Source: Longimicrobiales bacterium
GTDB lineage: Bacteria > Gemmatimonadota > Gemmatimonadetes > Longimicrobiales > Gaopeijiaceae
Reading direction: 5' to 3'
Length of the DNA stretch: 64,000 nucleotides
Assembly (NCBI GenBank): GCA_965116905.1
Contig: OZ220732.1
Span: 1,376,001-1,440,000 of the forward strand
Shown: in pieces, positions 55,621-64,000 of the stretch
Position numbering within the stretch: the first letter of the stretch is position 1
Layout: each line of letters starts with the position of its first letter
The notes under the pieces: generated by a model
Seen by the model: the letters and a program-made list of their open reading frames with translations, nothing else
The model's database searches: none
What the model was told of the DNA's origin: nothing
Program-made: the position numbers and the translations under genes

Positions 55621-57812
55621 CGGACCCACACCTCCGCCGTCTCGATCACGGCACCCTCCTGTATGGCATCGACGACCTCCATTCCCTCCACCACCACCCC
55701 GTAAATCGTGTAGTTGAAGTCCAGGCGCACGTTGTCGGCCAGATTGATGAAGATCTGGGCGTCGCCGGTGTCGCGGCCGCGGGTGGAAAGGCCCACGGTG
55801 CCGCGCCAGTGGGGCTGCGCGCTGATCTCGTCGCGGCTGTAGGGGCCGTCGCCGGCGTACTCGTTCGCGTGGGGGCTGCCGCCCTGGATGACGAAGTTGG
55901 GCTCGACGCGGTGGAAGGTGAGCCCGTCGAAGTATCCCTGGCTGGCCAGGCGGGCGAAGCGGTCGGCGTTGGTGGCGGCGAGGTCGGGGCGGAGTGCGAT
56001 GACGATGTCGCCGAGACCCGCCATGTGGAGCCGGACGGTCGAGCGCTGCAGTTCGGCGAGACGGGCTGCGTCGGGAGTCGGGGTCCGGGGCAGGGGTCCG
56101 GGCGCGGCTTCCTCGGCTGCGCCGGTGGCCTCGGTCAACAGCGCGGCGGCCCGTTCTGCTATTGCGGGGTCGTAGTCGGTGAGATACGGGGCGAGGTCGT
56201 GCCGGGAGAAGCCGCCCACGGCGCCGATCCCGTCGAGGAGGGCGGCGCGCGCGTCCCGTTCCGTCTCGCGCTGCGCGGCCGTGAAGCGGGCGAGGGGCGC
56301 GAGCAGTGCGGAAACGGGCGTTTCGGCGGGGGTGTGGGCGACCAGGAGACGGGTCGCGGTCATCACGAGTTGCGGGTCGTCGCTGGCCAGCGCGGCGAGG
56401 TAGGCTTCGCGGCCGGCGGCCCCCGCCACCTCGCCCAGCCCCGTGAGCGCGGCCTCGCGCACGTTCGCGTCGGAGTCGTCGCTCAGCTCCTCGAGCGCGG
56501 CTGCGTCTCCCGCCAGGCCCGCGGCCCGCGCCGCCCACGCACGGACAAAGGGGTTGGTGTGCCGCGCGGCCCCGGCCACCCGGTCCCCCACCTCACCCGG
56601 CGCGATCCCCGCCAGCGCGTGAAGTGCCCGCGCCGGCCCGCGCCAGTCGCTCTCCGCGTCGGCCAGCTCGGCGGCCTTTTCCGCGAGCGCCTGGCGCTGC
56701 GTCTCCAGATCCGGGCACGGCTGCGCGAGCAGCCCGATCGCGGTGTTGGACACGTGCGGGTCGGCGTCACGCATGGCGCGCAAGACCGCGGCACAGCCCT
56801 CGTCCGGGCGGGTCCAGCGGTCATACGCCCGCACGGCCTCGACCCGAACGCGCGGGTCGGGGTCCGCAAGGCCGGCCTGGATCACTGTGTCGGCTAGTGT
56901 GCCGTGGCGCAGCGCCGCGATGACCACCTGCCGCCGCACGCCCCAGTCCTCGTCCTGGATGAGCCGGGCGGCGTCCTCGACCGTGAGTTGGCTGGCGTGC
57001 ACGAGGGCCGAAGCGGCCACGCGGCGGACGCGGGCGGCGGCGAGCGTGGCCTTTTCGTGGGCCGCATCCGGGATGTCCCCGCCAATCGACACGGACGACA
57101 ATTGGACCGTCGCGGCTCGCAGTGCGGGCGATAGCGGGGTCCCCGGGCTCCTTCGCGCCATGGCCTCGATCCCGCGCGCCAGACCGGGCATCGGCTGGCA
57201 GGACGGCGTCTCGCACTCCCGGGATCCACCGGTCGCGGGCGCATCTGCCGCGGGGCCGGCTACGCGTTGCATGACGGCAATCAGCCCGGCCTCCACCGCG
57301 GCCCGCTCATCCGCGCCGGGCTGCGCCAACCGCCCCAGGTTCACCGCCAGGCTACCCAGCACGGTCGGATCTTCCTCCACTCCGATCCGCGCCACGAGCG
57401 CCTGCCGAACCCGGTCGATCTCATTCGCACCCGCCTGACCTGCCTCGGCCTGCGGGTCCACGCGGAATACCGCCTGCGCCATCGCGATCGCCGCTGCAGC
57501 CCGAACCACGGGCTCCGGATCGTTCAAATTGGTCTCGAGACCGGCCAGTTGCCCCGGATCTTCCAAACGCCCCAGCGCCCGGGTTGCGTACGCCCGTACG
57601 GTCGCGTCCCCGTCCTGCAGGTGCGCGCGCGCGCGTGGCAGCCCGTCCAGCCCACGCGCGTCTTCCTCGGCCACGATCTCGGCGTACTCGGCGTGGGGGC
57701 CGTCCGGCGGCTGGACGCAGCCCGCCATTGCCGCGGCGAGCGATCCGGCAAGCGCGAACGCCAAGCCTGACCCGACGCAACATGCAGGCGCCCGGTAACC
57801 CCGCCGCTTCAC
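55617..57812 (-). CDS. HEAT-repeat lipoprotein with C-terminal cyclophilin-type peptidyl-prolyl isomerase domain
   Basis: Lipobox AMAGC; repeated D-x-D/E-x-x-VR-x-x-A HEAT units; FHRVEPNFVIQGG, GTVGLS, DTGDAQIFI. Confidence 0.88.
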   Translation of the reverse strand: MKRRGYRAPACCVGSGLAFALAGSLAAAMAGCVQPPDGPHAEYAEIVAEEDARGLDGLPRARAHLQDGDATVRAYATRALGRLEDPGQLAGLETNLNDPEPVVRAAAAIAMAQAVFRVDPQAEAGQAGANEIDRVRQALVARIGVEEDPTVLGSLAVNLGRLAQPGADERAAVEAGLIAVMQRVAGPAADAPATGGSRECETPSCQPMPGLARGIEAMARRSPGTPLSPALRAATVQLSSVSIGGDIPDAAHEKATLAAARVRRVAASALVHASQLTVEDAARLIQDEDWGVRRQVVIAALRHGTLADTVIQAGLADPDPRVRVEAVRAYDRWTRPDEGCAAVLRAMRDADPHVSNTAIGLLAQPCPDLETQRQALAEKAAELADAESDWRGPARALHALAGIAPGEVGDRVAGAARHTNPFVRAWAARAAGLAGDAAALEELSDDSDANVREAALTGLGEVAGAAGREAYLAALASDDPQLVMTATRLLVAHTPAETPVSALLAPLARFTAAQRETERDARAALLDGIGAVGGFSRHDLAPYLTDYDPAIAERAAALLTEATGAAEEAAPGPLPRTPTPDAARLAELQRSTVRLHMAGLGDIVIALRPDLAATNADRFARLASQGYFDGLTFHRVEPNFVIQGGSPHANEYAGDGPYSRDEISAQPHWRGTVGLSTRGRDTGDAQIFINLADNVRLDFNYTIYGVVVEGMEVVDAIQEGAVIETAEVWVR

Positions 57813-58123
57813 CCGTGCGGATTCCATCCAAAACGCTCCCATGAAGCTTCCCCTTCCTCGTTGAACTCGACGCCCTCGTGCTCCAGCAGCGCGCGCTGGC
57901 GCTGGGCCACCCCCATCACGCGCGAGGTCGAAATGGCGCCCCGGCGGTTCACGACCCGCCACCACGGCACGTCCGTGTCGATCGGGAGGTGGCTCAGCGC
58001 ATAGCCGACCCCCCGGGCCGCACGGGGCCTGCCGACGAGGGCGGCGACGGCCCCGTAGTTGATGATCCTGCCGTTGGGAATCCGCCGCACGCAGGCGTAT
58101 ACTCGTTCTGAAAACGCGGTCAT
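57809..58123 (-). CDS. Alkyltransferase-like (ATL/YbaZ) O6-alkylguanine-binding protein
   Basis: IPNGRIINYGAVA, ARGVG, PWWRVV (Trp in place of the catalytic Cys), QRALLEHEGV. Confidence 0.85.
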   Translation of the reverse strand: MTAFSERVYACVRRIPNGRIINYGAVAALVGRPRAARGVGYALSHLPIDTDVPWWRVVNRRGAISTSRVMGVAQRQRALLEHEGVEFNEEGEASWERFGWNPHG

Positions 58124-58245
58124 GGCAGGGTAAGGTATCGTGCGGTGCGCGCCGATGGGAACACATGGCCCGAGGGAACCGGGGCGTGGTGGGCGCGGGT
58201 ATATTGAGGTGCGTTGGTTGCGCCGAAGTTCAACGGAGATGTGCA

Positions 58246-60426
58246 ATGGTCAGAATCTCAGCGGGGATCCTCACGGTCTCGTTCCTTTTCGCGGGCTGTA
58301 TCGCGGGCGGCGCCTCCCGGGCGACGGTCGACTCGACACCGCCGCCCCCCTCTCCGGAGGCCGAGGCGGACGTACAATCCACAGACCCTGAAGGGGCGCC
58401 GGAGGAGGGCGCGGCCGACAGCGCCGTCGCCGAGCCTGCCATCGAGCCGTTGGCCGCGGCACCGGGCTACCCACCCGCCGTCCTGATCGGGGCCCGCGTC
58501 GCCGACGTGCGAACGGAGCCGGCGGAAATCGTCGTCGAGGTGGGCGACTCGCTGGCGATGGGTGACGACGTGGAGATGATCGCGTACGACGCGGCCGGCA
58601 ATCCGGTGAGGGGCGTGCGGATCCTGGGAAACATCGAGTCCCGCTTCGCGGCTCTTGAGGAAGGCCACATCATGGGCGTCTCCGAGGGAGAGGCGGAGCT
58701 GAGAATGGCGATCCGCGTCCCGCCCCCCGGCGGCACCGGCCCGCCGGAGATCCGCACCTTTACGGCTCCGCTCCTGGTCGTCGGTCCACCGGTCACATCC
58801 GTCGAGATCATGGATCCCGGAGTCCGCTTCTTCACGGGTTCGCTCGTCCAGATCGAGGCGCGCGCGCTGACCGAGGACGGCAGCGTGCGGAAGAGCGTCG
58901 AGGTGGCCTGGACCAGCAACCGCAGGCGTCTGGCCACGATAGACGCTCACGGATTCGTGCGCGCGATCCGGCCGGGTGCGGTGACCGTGACCGCGGCGGT
59001 GGAGGGACTGGAGGCCACCTATTCGCTCGAGGTGGAGGAGAACCCGGTAGCGGCGGTCGAAGTCGAGGGTCCTTCCCGGGGGCGGACGGGCGACGTGCTG
59101 CGGTTCTCGGCCGTCGCGCTCGACGCGGGCGGCGATGTCGTCGAAGGGACCCCGGTGGACTTTTCGGCCTCATCCTTCGAAACCCGGGCCGACATGGGTG
59201 CCTCCGTGTACCCCGACGGGGCCTTCGTGGCCGAGCGTCCGGGCCTTTACCGGGTGACCGCCAACGCGGGAGCGCGCACGGGCCAGGTTCTCGTGGAGGT
59301 CGTGGAGCGTGGGGTCGAGCACGACGTGATCGTGACCGGTCACGGTCTGGTGGCCGACCGGCCCACCGCGGATCTGTGGGCGTTCACCGGCGTGGACGGA
59401 CGGGACTACGTCTATACGGGCACGCATCTGGGGGGCCAGCGCATGCTGGCGTGGGACGTGACCAATCCGGCCAGTCCCGTGCTCACGGACTTCGTGGAGG
59501 TCGACGCCCGGGTCGTCAACGACGTCAAGGTCAACAGCAGCGCCACCGTGGCCGTGATCACCCGCGAGGGGGCCTCGGACCGCAGAAACGGGATCGTCGT
59601 GCTCGATATTACGGACCCGGCGCATCCGGTCATCGCCGACACCTATACCAACGAACTCACCGGCGGCGTGCACAACGTCTTCTTCTCGGGCAACATCCTC
59701 TACGCGATCCACAACGGCACCCTCGACGTGCACATCCTCGACATCAGCGACCCGTCCGATGTCGAGGAGGTGGGGCGCTGGGGCATCGACGCGCCCGGCA
59801 AGTACCTGCACGACATCTGGGTCGTGGACGGCCTCGCCTATGTGTCCTACTGGAACGACGGCGTGTACATCCTCGATGTCGGGGACGGACGCTGGGGCGG
59901 GACTCCCACCGAGCCCGTGGAGGTGAGCAGCTTCGCCTACGAAGAGGGCAACACGCACTTCGCGTATCCGTATACCAACGCGGACGGGCATCGCTACCTG
60001 TTCGTGGGCGACGAGATCTTCGGGTGCGAGGACTGCATCTCCCGTAACGGACATCCGGGCGACGGGTCGCGCGGCTTCGTCCACATCCTGGACCTGGAAG
60101 ACCCCGAGAACCTGCGCGAAGTGGCTCGCTACGAGGTGCCCGAGGCGGGCGCGCACAACCTCTGGATCGAGGACGACCGGATGTACGTGGCCTACTATCA
60201 GGCCGGGTTGCGGGTCGTCGATGTCTCCGGAGAGCTGCGGGGAGATCTCTACAGACAGGGGCGCGAGATGGCGTGGTTCCCCACTGGTACGCCCGAGGGC
60301 CACGTGCCCAACTCGCCGATGGCGTGGGGACCGCACCCCTTCAAGGGCCACGTCTTCGTCTCCGACCTCAACTCGGGGCTGTGGGTGGTCCGCCTCGAGC
60401 CGAAGCAGAAGGCGCCGGTGTCGTGA
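58246..60426 (+). CDS. Lipoprotein with Ig-like (Big_2) domains and C-terminal LVIVD-repeat beta-propeller
   Basis: Lipobox LFAGC, VAWTSNRRRLATID, repeated GIVVLDITDP / VHILDISDP / GVYILDV / GLRVVDVS. Confidence 0.8.
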   Translation: MVRISAGILTVSFLFAGCIAGGASRATVDSTPPPPSPEAEADVQSTDPEGAPEEGAADSAVAEPAIEPLAAAPGYPPAVLIGARVADVRTEPAEIVVEVGDSLAMGDDVEMIAYDAAGNPVRGVRILGNIESRFAALEEGHIMGVSEGEAELRMAIRVPPPGGTGPPEIRTFTAPLLVVGPPVTSVEIMDPGVRFFTGSLVQIEARALTEDGSVRKSVEVAWTSNRRRLATIDAHGFVRAIRPGAVTVTAAVEGLEATYSLEVEENPVAAVEVEGPSRGRTGDVLRFSAVALDAGGDVVEGTPVDFSASSFETRADMGASVYPDGAFVAERPGLYRVTANAGARTGQVLVEVVERGVEHDVIVTGHGLVADRPTADLWAFTGVDGRDYVYTGTHLGGQRMLAWDVTNPASPVLTDFVEVDARVVNDVKVNSSATVAVITREGASDRRNGIVVLDITDPAHPVIADTYTNELTGGVHNVFFSGNILYAIHNGTLDVHILDISDPSDVEEVGRWGIDAPGKYLHDIWVVDGLAYVSYWNDGVYILDVGDGRWGGTPTEPVEVSSFAYEEGNTHFAYPYTNADGHRYLFVGDEIFGCEDCISRNGHPGDGSRGFVHILDLEDPENLREVARYEVPEAGAHNLWIEDDRMYVAYYQAGLRVVDVSGELRGDLYRQGREMAWFPTGTPEGHVPNSPMAWGPHPFKGHVFVSDLNSGLWVVRLEPKQKAPVS

Positions 60427-61553
60427 GGCCGCGTGTTGTCGCGCAGTGGAGTGCCGTTATGGCGTGGGGTGCTGTGGCAGCGCTGGCGGTTCCAGGCGTC
60501 CCGGTCGTGGGTTGCGGCGGTGCCGGCTTGGCTGCCCAGGAGCCCGCCACCTACCGCGTCTACGTCGCCAACGAATCGTCGGACCTGGTCAGCAGGGTCG
60601 CCTTCACCCCCGGTGAGGGCGCGGTCGTGGAAAAAGAGATCGCGGTCGGCGTCATGCCGGGGGACAACGACGGCGCGCACGGGCTCAGCGTCTCGCCTGA
60701 CGGGCGCTACTGGTACCTCACGATCGCCCACGGGACACCGTACGGATACCTGTGGAAGTTCGACGCGGGACCGGACACGCTGATCGCGCGCACCCGTCTC
60801 GGGCTATTTCCCGCGACCATGGGGATCACGCCGGACGGCCAGTTCCTGCTGGCGGCCAACTTCAATCTGCACGGCGACATGGTCCCGTCGGACATCTCCG
60901 TTGTCTACACGCCCGAGATGATCGAGGTCACCAGGATCCGCACCTGCCTCATGCCGCACGGCAGCCGCGTGCGACCGGACGGCACCAGGCAGTACTCGGC
61001 CTGCATGCACTCCGAGGAGCTGGTCGAAATCGACCTGGAGACCTTCGAGGTGAGCTCCCGCTTCGACGTTTCGCCCGCTCCGGAAGCCGTGTGCAGCCCG
61101 ACGTGGGTGGAGCCGGGGCTGGGTTCGCGCGCCAACCGCGTCGTCTATGTCGCCTGCAACAGGAACCAGGAGGTGCTGGAGGTGGACACGGGGCGCTGGG
61201 AGGTCTCGCGCCGGTTTGCCACGGGGATGGCACCGTACAACCTGGAGGTGACGGCGGGGGGTGAGCGTCTGATCGCGACCCTCAAGGGGGAGCAGGCGGT
61301 CGCTGTGTTCGACATCGAGAGCGGCAGGGAAGTCGGGCGCGTGGAGACGTCCCGCCCGGTGACGCACGGCGTGGTGGCCAGCCCGGACGGCCGCTACGCG
61401 TTCGTGTCGAACGAGTCGGTCGGCTCGGTGCGCGGGACCCTGGACGTGATCGACCTGGAGACGCTCGACGTGGTGGCATCCGTCGAACTCGGGCACCAGT
61501 CCGGGGGCATCGACTTCTGGTCGGTGACACCGGTGAGCGGCGGGACTCGTTGA
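60423..61553 (+). CDS. YncE/YVTN-type beta-propeller exported protein
   Basis: VYVANESSD, AHGLSVSPDG, PHGSRV, THGVVASPDGRYAFVSNE; GTGA overlap. Confidence 0.8.
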   Translation: MRPRVVAQWSAVMAWGAVAALAVPGVPVVGCGGAGLAAQEPATYRVYVANESSDLVSRVAFTPGEGAVVEKEIAVGVMPGDNDGAHGLSVSPDGRYWYLTIAHGTPYGYLWKFDAGPDTLIARTRLGLFPATMGITPDGQFLLAANFNLHGDMVPSDISVVYTPEMIEVTRIRTCLMPHGSRVRPDGTRQYSACMHSEELVEIDLETFEVSSRFDVSPAPEAVCSPTWVEPGLGSRANRVVYVACNRNQEVLEVDTGRWEVSRRFATGMAPYNLEVTAGGERLIATLKGEQAVAVFDIESGREVGRVETSRPVTHGVVASPDGRYAFVSNESVGSVRGTLDVIDLETLDVVASVELGHQSGGIDFWSVTPVSGGTR

Positions 61554-62203
61554 CGGACGAACAGACCGCGCTTGCAGAAGCACGGCGCCGTATGCTGCGG
61601 CGTCATCTGGCGGAGAGGGGCATTGCGGATCGGCGCGTGCTCGAGGCGATGGCGACCGTGCCGCGGGAGCGGTTCGTCGCGCCGGAGTGCCTGCGCCGTG
61701 CCTACGACGACGGACCGCTTCCCATCGGTCAGGGCCAGACGATCTCGCAACCGTACGTGGTGGCGTTGATGGCGGAGGCCGTGGAGCTTGGCCGCGATGA
61801 CCGGGTGCTGGAGGTTGGCACGGGATCGGGGTACGCGGCGGCGGTGCTCAGCCGGATCGCCCGCACCGTCCATTCCGTGGAACGGCACGCCCTGCTCGCC
61901 GAGGCGGCCCGCCACCGGCTGCGCGCCCTGGGCTACGCAAACGTGCACGTTCGGCTGGGCGACGGCACGCTGGGCTGGAGCGATCATGCCCCCTACGATG
62001 CGATCGTGGTCTCCGCCGGCGCGCGCCGCGTCCCGCCGCCGCTGCGCGAACAGCTGGCCGATGGCGGCAGACTCGTGATGCCGGTGGGGCGGGGCTGGCG
62101 TGGGCAGTCGCTGGTCCGGGAGCGGCGTGAGGGAGCCGGTACGTTCACCCGCGAGAAGCTGGGACGCGTGCGCTTCGTGCCGCTGATCGGGGCAGCCCGG
62201 TAG
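61550..62203 (+). CDS. pcm: Protein-L-isoaspartate O-methyltransferase
   Basis: VPRERFV, AYDDGPLPIGQGQTISQPYVVA, VLEVGTGSGY, GDGTLGW, VRFVPL. Confidence 0.95.
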   Translation: MTDEQTALAEARRRMLRRHLAERGIADRRVLEAMATVPRERFVAPECLRRAYDDGPLPIGQGQTISQPYVVALMAEAVELGRDDRVLEVGTGSGYAAAVLSRIARTVHSVERHALLAEAARHRLRALGYANVHVRLGDGTLGWSDHAPYDAIVVSAGARRVPPPLREQLADGGRLVMPVGRGWRGQSLVRERREGAGTFTREKLGRVRFVPLIGAAR

Positions 62204-62205
62204 CG

Positions 62206-62673
62206 TTACCCGAAAATCCCTCTCAGCATCAGGACCACCAGCTGAAGGCCCACAAGGATCGTGGGGAGCAGGAATGTGAGTCCCACCGAGAAGATCAGTC
62301 CCGCCCTGAAAAGGTGTGGGCCGATCGCACGAACATCCCGGCCCCATAGTTTGTGCGCGAGCGATTCGGTCACCGGGCCCAGGAAGTACAGGATGTTGGC
62401 GGCCACGAGGATGACGAACGAGCCTCCAAGCACGGTGGTCACGTCGGCCAGCCCGAGGCCGGTGCCGTTCAGAAGGCTGACTGCGGCGATGCCTGCCAGC
62501 GAGACCGAACCACCCGCGCAGATGATCGCGTTGTAGGCGAGCCGCCGCTTCTCCCACCACCTGAAGATCTTGCCGACCGAGCGCTTGGCCGGAAGCGGAT
62601 AGAGGAAATCGACAAGCCTCGAACCCTTGTGGCCGGCTTCGACGCCCGTCTCGAATGGTGCCGGATTACCCAT
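62206..62673 (-). CDS. Hypothetical membrane protein (3 predicted TM helices)
   Basis: WWEKRRLAYN then hydrophobic segments, ANILYFLGP; fills the gap between pcm and creatininase. Confidence 0.65.
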   Translation of the reverse strand: MGNPAPFETGVEAGHKGSRLVDFLYPLPAKRSVGKIFRWWEKRRLAYNAIICAGGSVSLAGIAAVSLLNGTGLGLADVTTVLGGSFVILVAANILYFLGPVTESLAHKLWGRDVRAIGPHLFRAGLIFSVGLTFLLPTILVGLQLVVLMLRGIFG

Positions 62674-62774
62674 CGTCGTCTGCTCCCCCCGGGACGGGTG
62701 CGCGGCGCCGGGATGTCGACCCCGGGCGGACCCGGCGACTCGACAGCGCGGCGGCCCCGATCCTACGTTGCCGC

Positions 62775-63551
62775 ATGTCTGAACGTAACCTGCTTCTCGA
62801 AGAGTTGACGTGGCCGGAGGTGGAAGGGTTGCTTGCCGACGGCTTCACATCGGTGGTGGTGGCGGCGGGCGCGACGGAGCAGCACGGCCCCCACCTGCCG
62901 CTGCTCGTGGATGCGGTCCGCGGCGACCGCCTGGCCCTGGAGGTGGCGCGGCGGCTGGGGCGCACCCTGGTGGCCCCGACCATCCGGGTGGGGTGTTCCG
63001 AGCACCACATGGGGTTTTCGGGCACCCTGTCGCTCAGGGATTCGACTTTCAGAGCCATCTGCGCGGACTACGCCACCAGCCTCTCCCGGCACGGTTTCCG
63101 CACGATCTGCTTCGTGCCGTCGCACGGCGGCAACTTCGCCCCCCTTGCCGAAATCCTGCCGCGCCTGCGCGAGGCGGCGGGGCCCGGCTGCAGGGTGCTG
63201 GCCTACACGGACCTGCAGGGATTCGTGGCGCTGTGGGAGGGCGCGGTCGCGGAGCTGGCGCCGGGCCTGGCGCACAGGGTGGGCGGGCACGCCGATATTG
63301 CCGAGAGCTCGGAGATGCTGTGCATCCGTCCCGACCTCGTGCGCGGGGAGCTGGCCGAGCCCGGCCACGTCGCCGGATTCGACGACGAGCTCGCCGAGCG
63401 CCTCTTCCGGGACGGCCTTCGCGCGATCACGGCCAACGGCGTGCTGGGAGACGCGCGGGGCATGAGCCGTGAGATCGGCGATCTGTGCATCGCGCGCACC
63501 GCCGACGGTATCGCGGCGGCACTCCGGGACGCGGGCGCCGCGGGCGCGTGA
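62775..63551 (+). CDS. Creatininase / creatinine amidohydrolase family protein
   Basis: EELTWPEV, GATEQHGPHLPLLVD, GCSEHHMGFSGT, SHGGN, HADIAESS. Confidence 0.9.
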   Translation: MSERNLLLEELTWPEVEGLLADGFTSVVVAAGATEQHGPHLPLLVDAVRGDRLALEVARRLGRTLVAPTIRVGCSEHHMGFSGTLSLRDSTFRAICADYATSLSRHGFRTICFVPSHGGNFAPLAEILPRLREAAGPGCRVLAYTDLQGFVALWEGAVAELAPGLAHRVGGHADIAESSEMLCIRPDLVRGELAEPGHVAGFDDELAERLFRDGLRAITANGVLGDARGMSREIGDLCIARTADGIAAALRDAGAAGA

Positions 63552-64000
63552 AGGCTGTCGGCCCGGTCGGCCCGGTCGGTCTGGACGCCATACGGGCCGC
63601 GCGTTCGCGAATCGCCGGGGCCGCGATACGGTCGCCGCTGATTCCCCTGGACGTGCCGGGCGCGCCCACCGAGGTGTGGATCAAGCTGGAATGTCTGCAA
63701 CCCATCGGCTCGTTCAAGATCCGGGGCGCGGCCAACGCGATGGCGCTCGCCGATGCGGGGGTCATCGCGCGCGGCGTCTACACGGGGAGCGCGGGGAACA
63801 TGGCGCAGGGGGTGGCCTTCGCCGCCCGTCGTCTGGGCGTCCCCTGCCGGGTCGTCGTGCCCGACACGGCTCCCCGCGCCAAGCTCGACGCGATCGCGCG
63901 TCTGGGGGCCACCGCGACCCCGCTGCCCTTCGACGAGTGGTGGAGCGTCTTGCGCGACCATGGTCACCCCGCCGAGGACGGGTACTTCGTCCACCCCGTG
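63548..64000 (+). CDS. PLP-dependent threonine/serine dehydratase family enzyme, N-terminal part (runs off the window)
   Basis: Hand translation from GTG 63548: VWIKLECLQPIGSFKIRGA (PLP Lys), SAGNMAQGVA; absent from the ORF track because there is no stop in the window. Confidence 0.88.
   Translation, partial: MKAVGPVGPVGLDAIRAARSRIAGAAIRSPLIPLDVPGAPTEVWIKLECLQPIGSFKIRGAANAMALADAGVIARGVYTGSAGNMAQGVAFAARRLGVPCRVVVPDTAPRAKLDAIARLGATATPLPFDEWWSVLRDHGHPAEDGYFVHPV

Noticed and set aside
53233..55704. 823-aa plus-strand ORF
   Set aside because: Antisense shadow of the Ntn acylase.
62775..63551. Mycofactocin peptidase MftE / RiPP cluster
   Set aside because: Creatininase fold only; no precursor peptide, radical SAM or other mft genes are visible in the window.

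Overview
High-GC bacterial chromosomal segment, densely coding (about 50 genes). No rRNA, tRNA, CRISPR array, integrase or transposase was recognised. The repertoire suggests a Gemmatimonadota-like heterotroph, possibly host (sponge)-associated; this is inference only. It includes six paralogous lipoprotein 6-bladed beta-propeller genes, many exported amide/peptide hydrolases, a TonB-plug protein, LVIVD/YVTN propellers and small type II toxin-antitoxin (TA) modules. Most genes belong to familiar families: panE (partial), rhomboid, HAD, DinB, amidase, serine hydrolase, GMC oxidoreductase plus subunit-3 partner, ABC ATPase with a permease-M1 aminopeptidase fusion, TauD, CocE/NonD, GH4-SSS-PIG-L, HIT, an amidohydrolase pair, ARPP-1/DUF6569 with a MerR-like HTH, a large 2OG-Fe(II) oxygenase, MBL, FitAB/VapBC, a giant M14 peptidase, Ntn acylase, HEAT-cyclophilin, ATL, pcm, creatininase and a PLP dehydratase (partial). 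The most unusual signals are non-coding. (1) A dispersed AT-rich 39-bp double palindrome, (TGTCAA-N6-TTGACA)-N3-(TGTCAA-N6-TTGACA), occurs at 8295, 17055 and 28533, with a half copy at 36335. Three of the four sit beside beta-propeller genes and one lies between convergent genes. (2) Gene-end scars: a 72-bp diverged duplicate of the merR-like 3' end brackets a 3.8-kb two-gene block, an 8-codon hicA tail precedes an orphan hicB, and a hicAB is clipped at both ends. (3) Several operator-like palindromes have no cognate regulator nearby. Together these suggest repeated turnover of gene cassettes at gene ends, with no recombinase encoded in the window.
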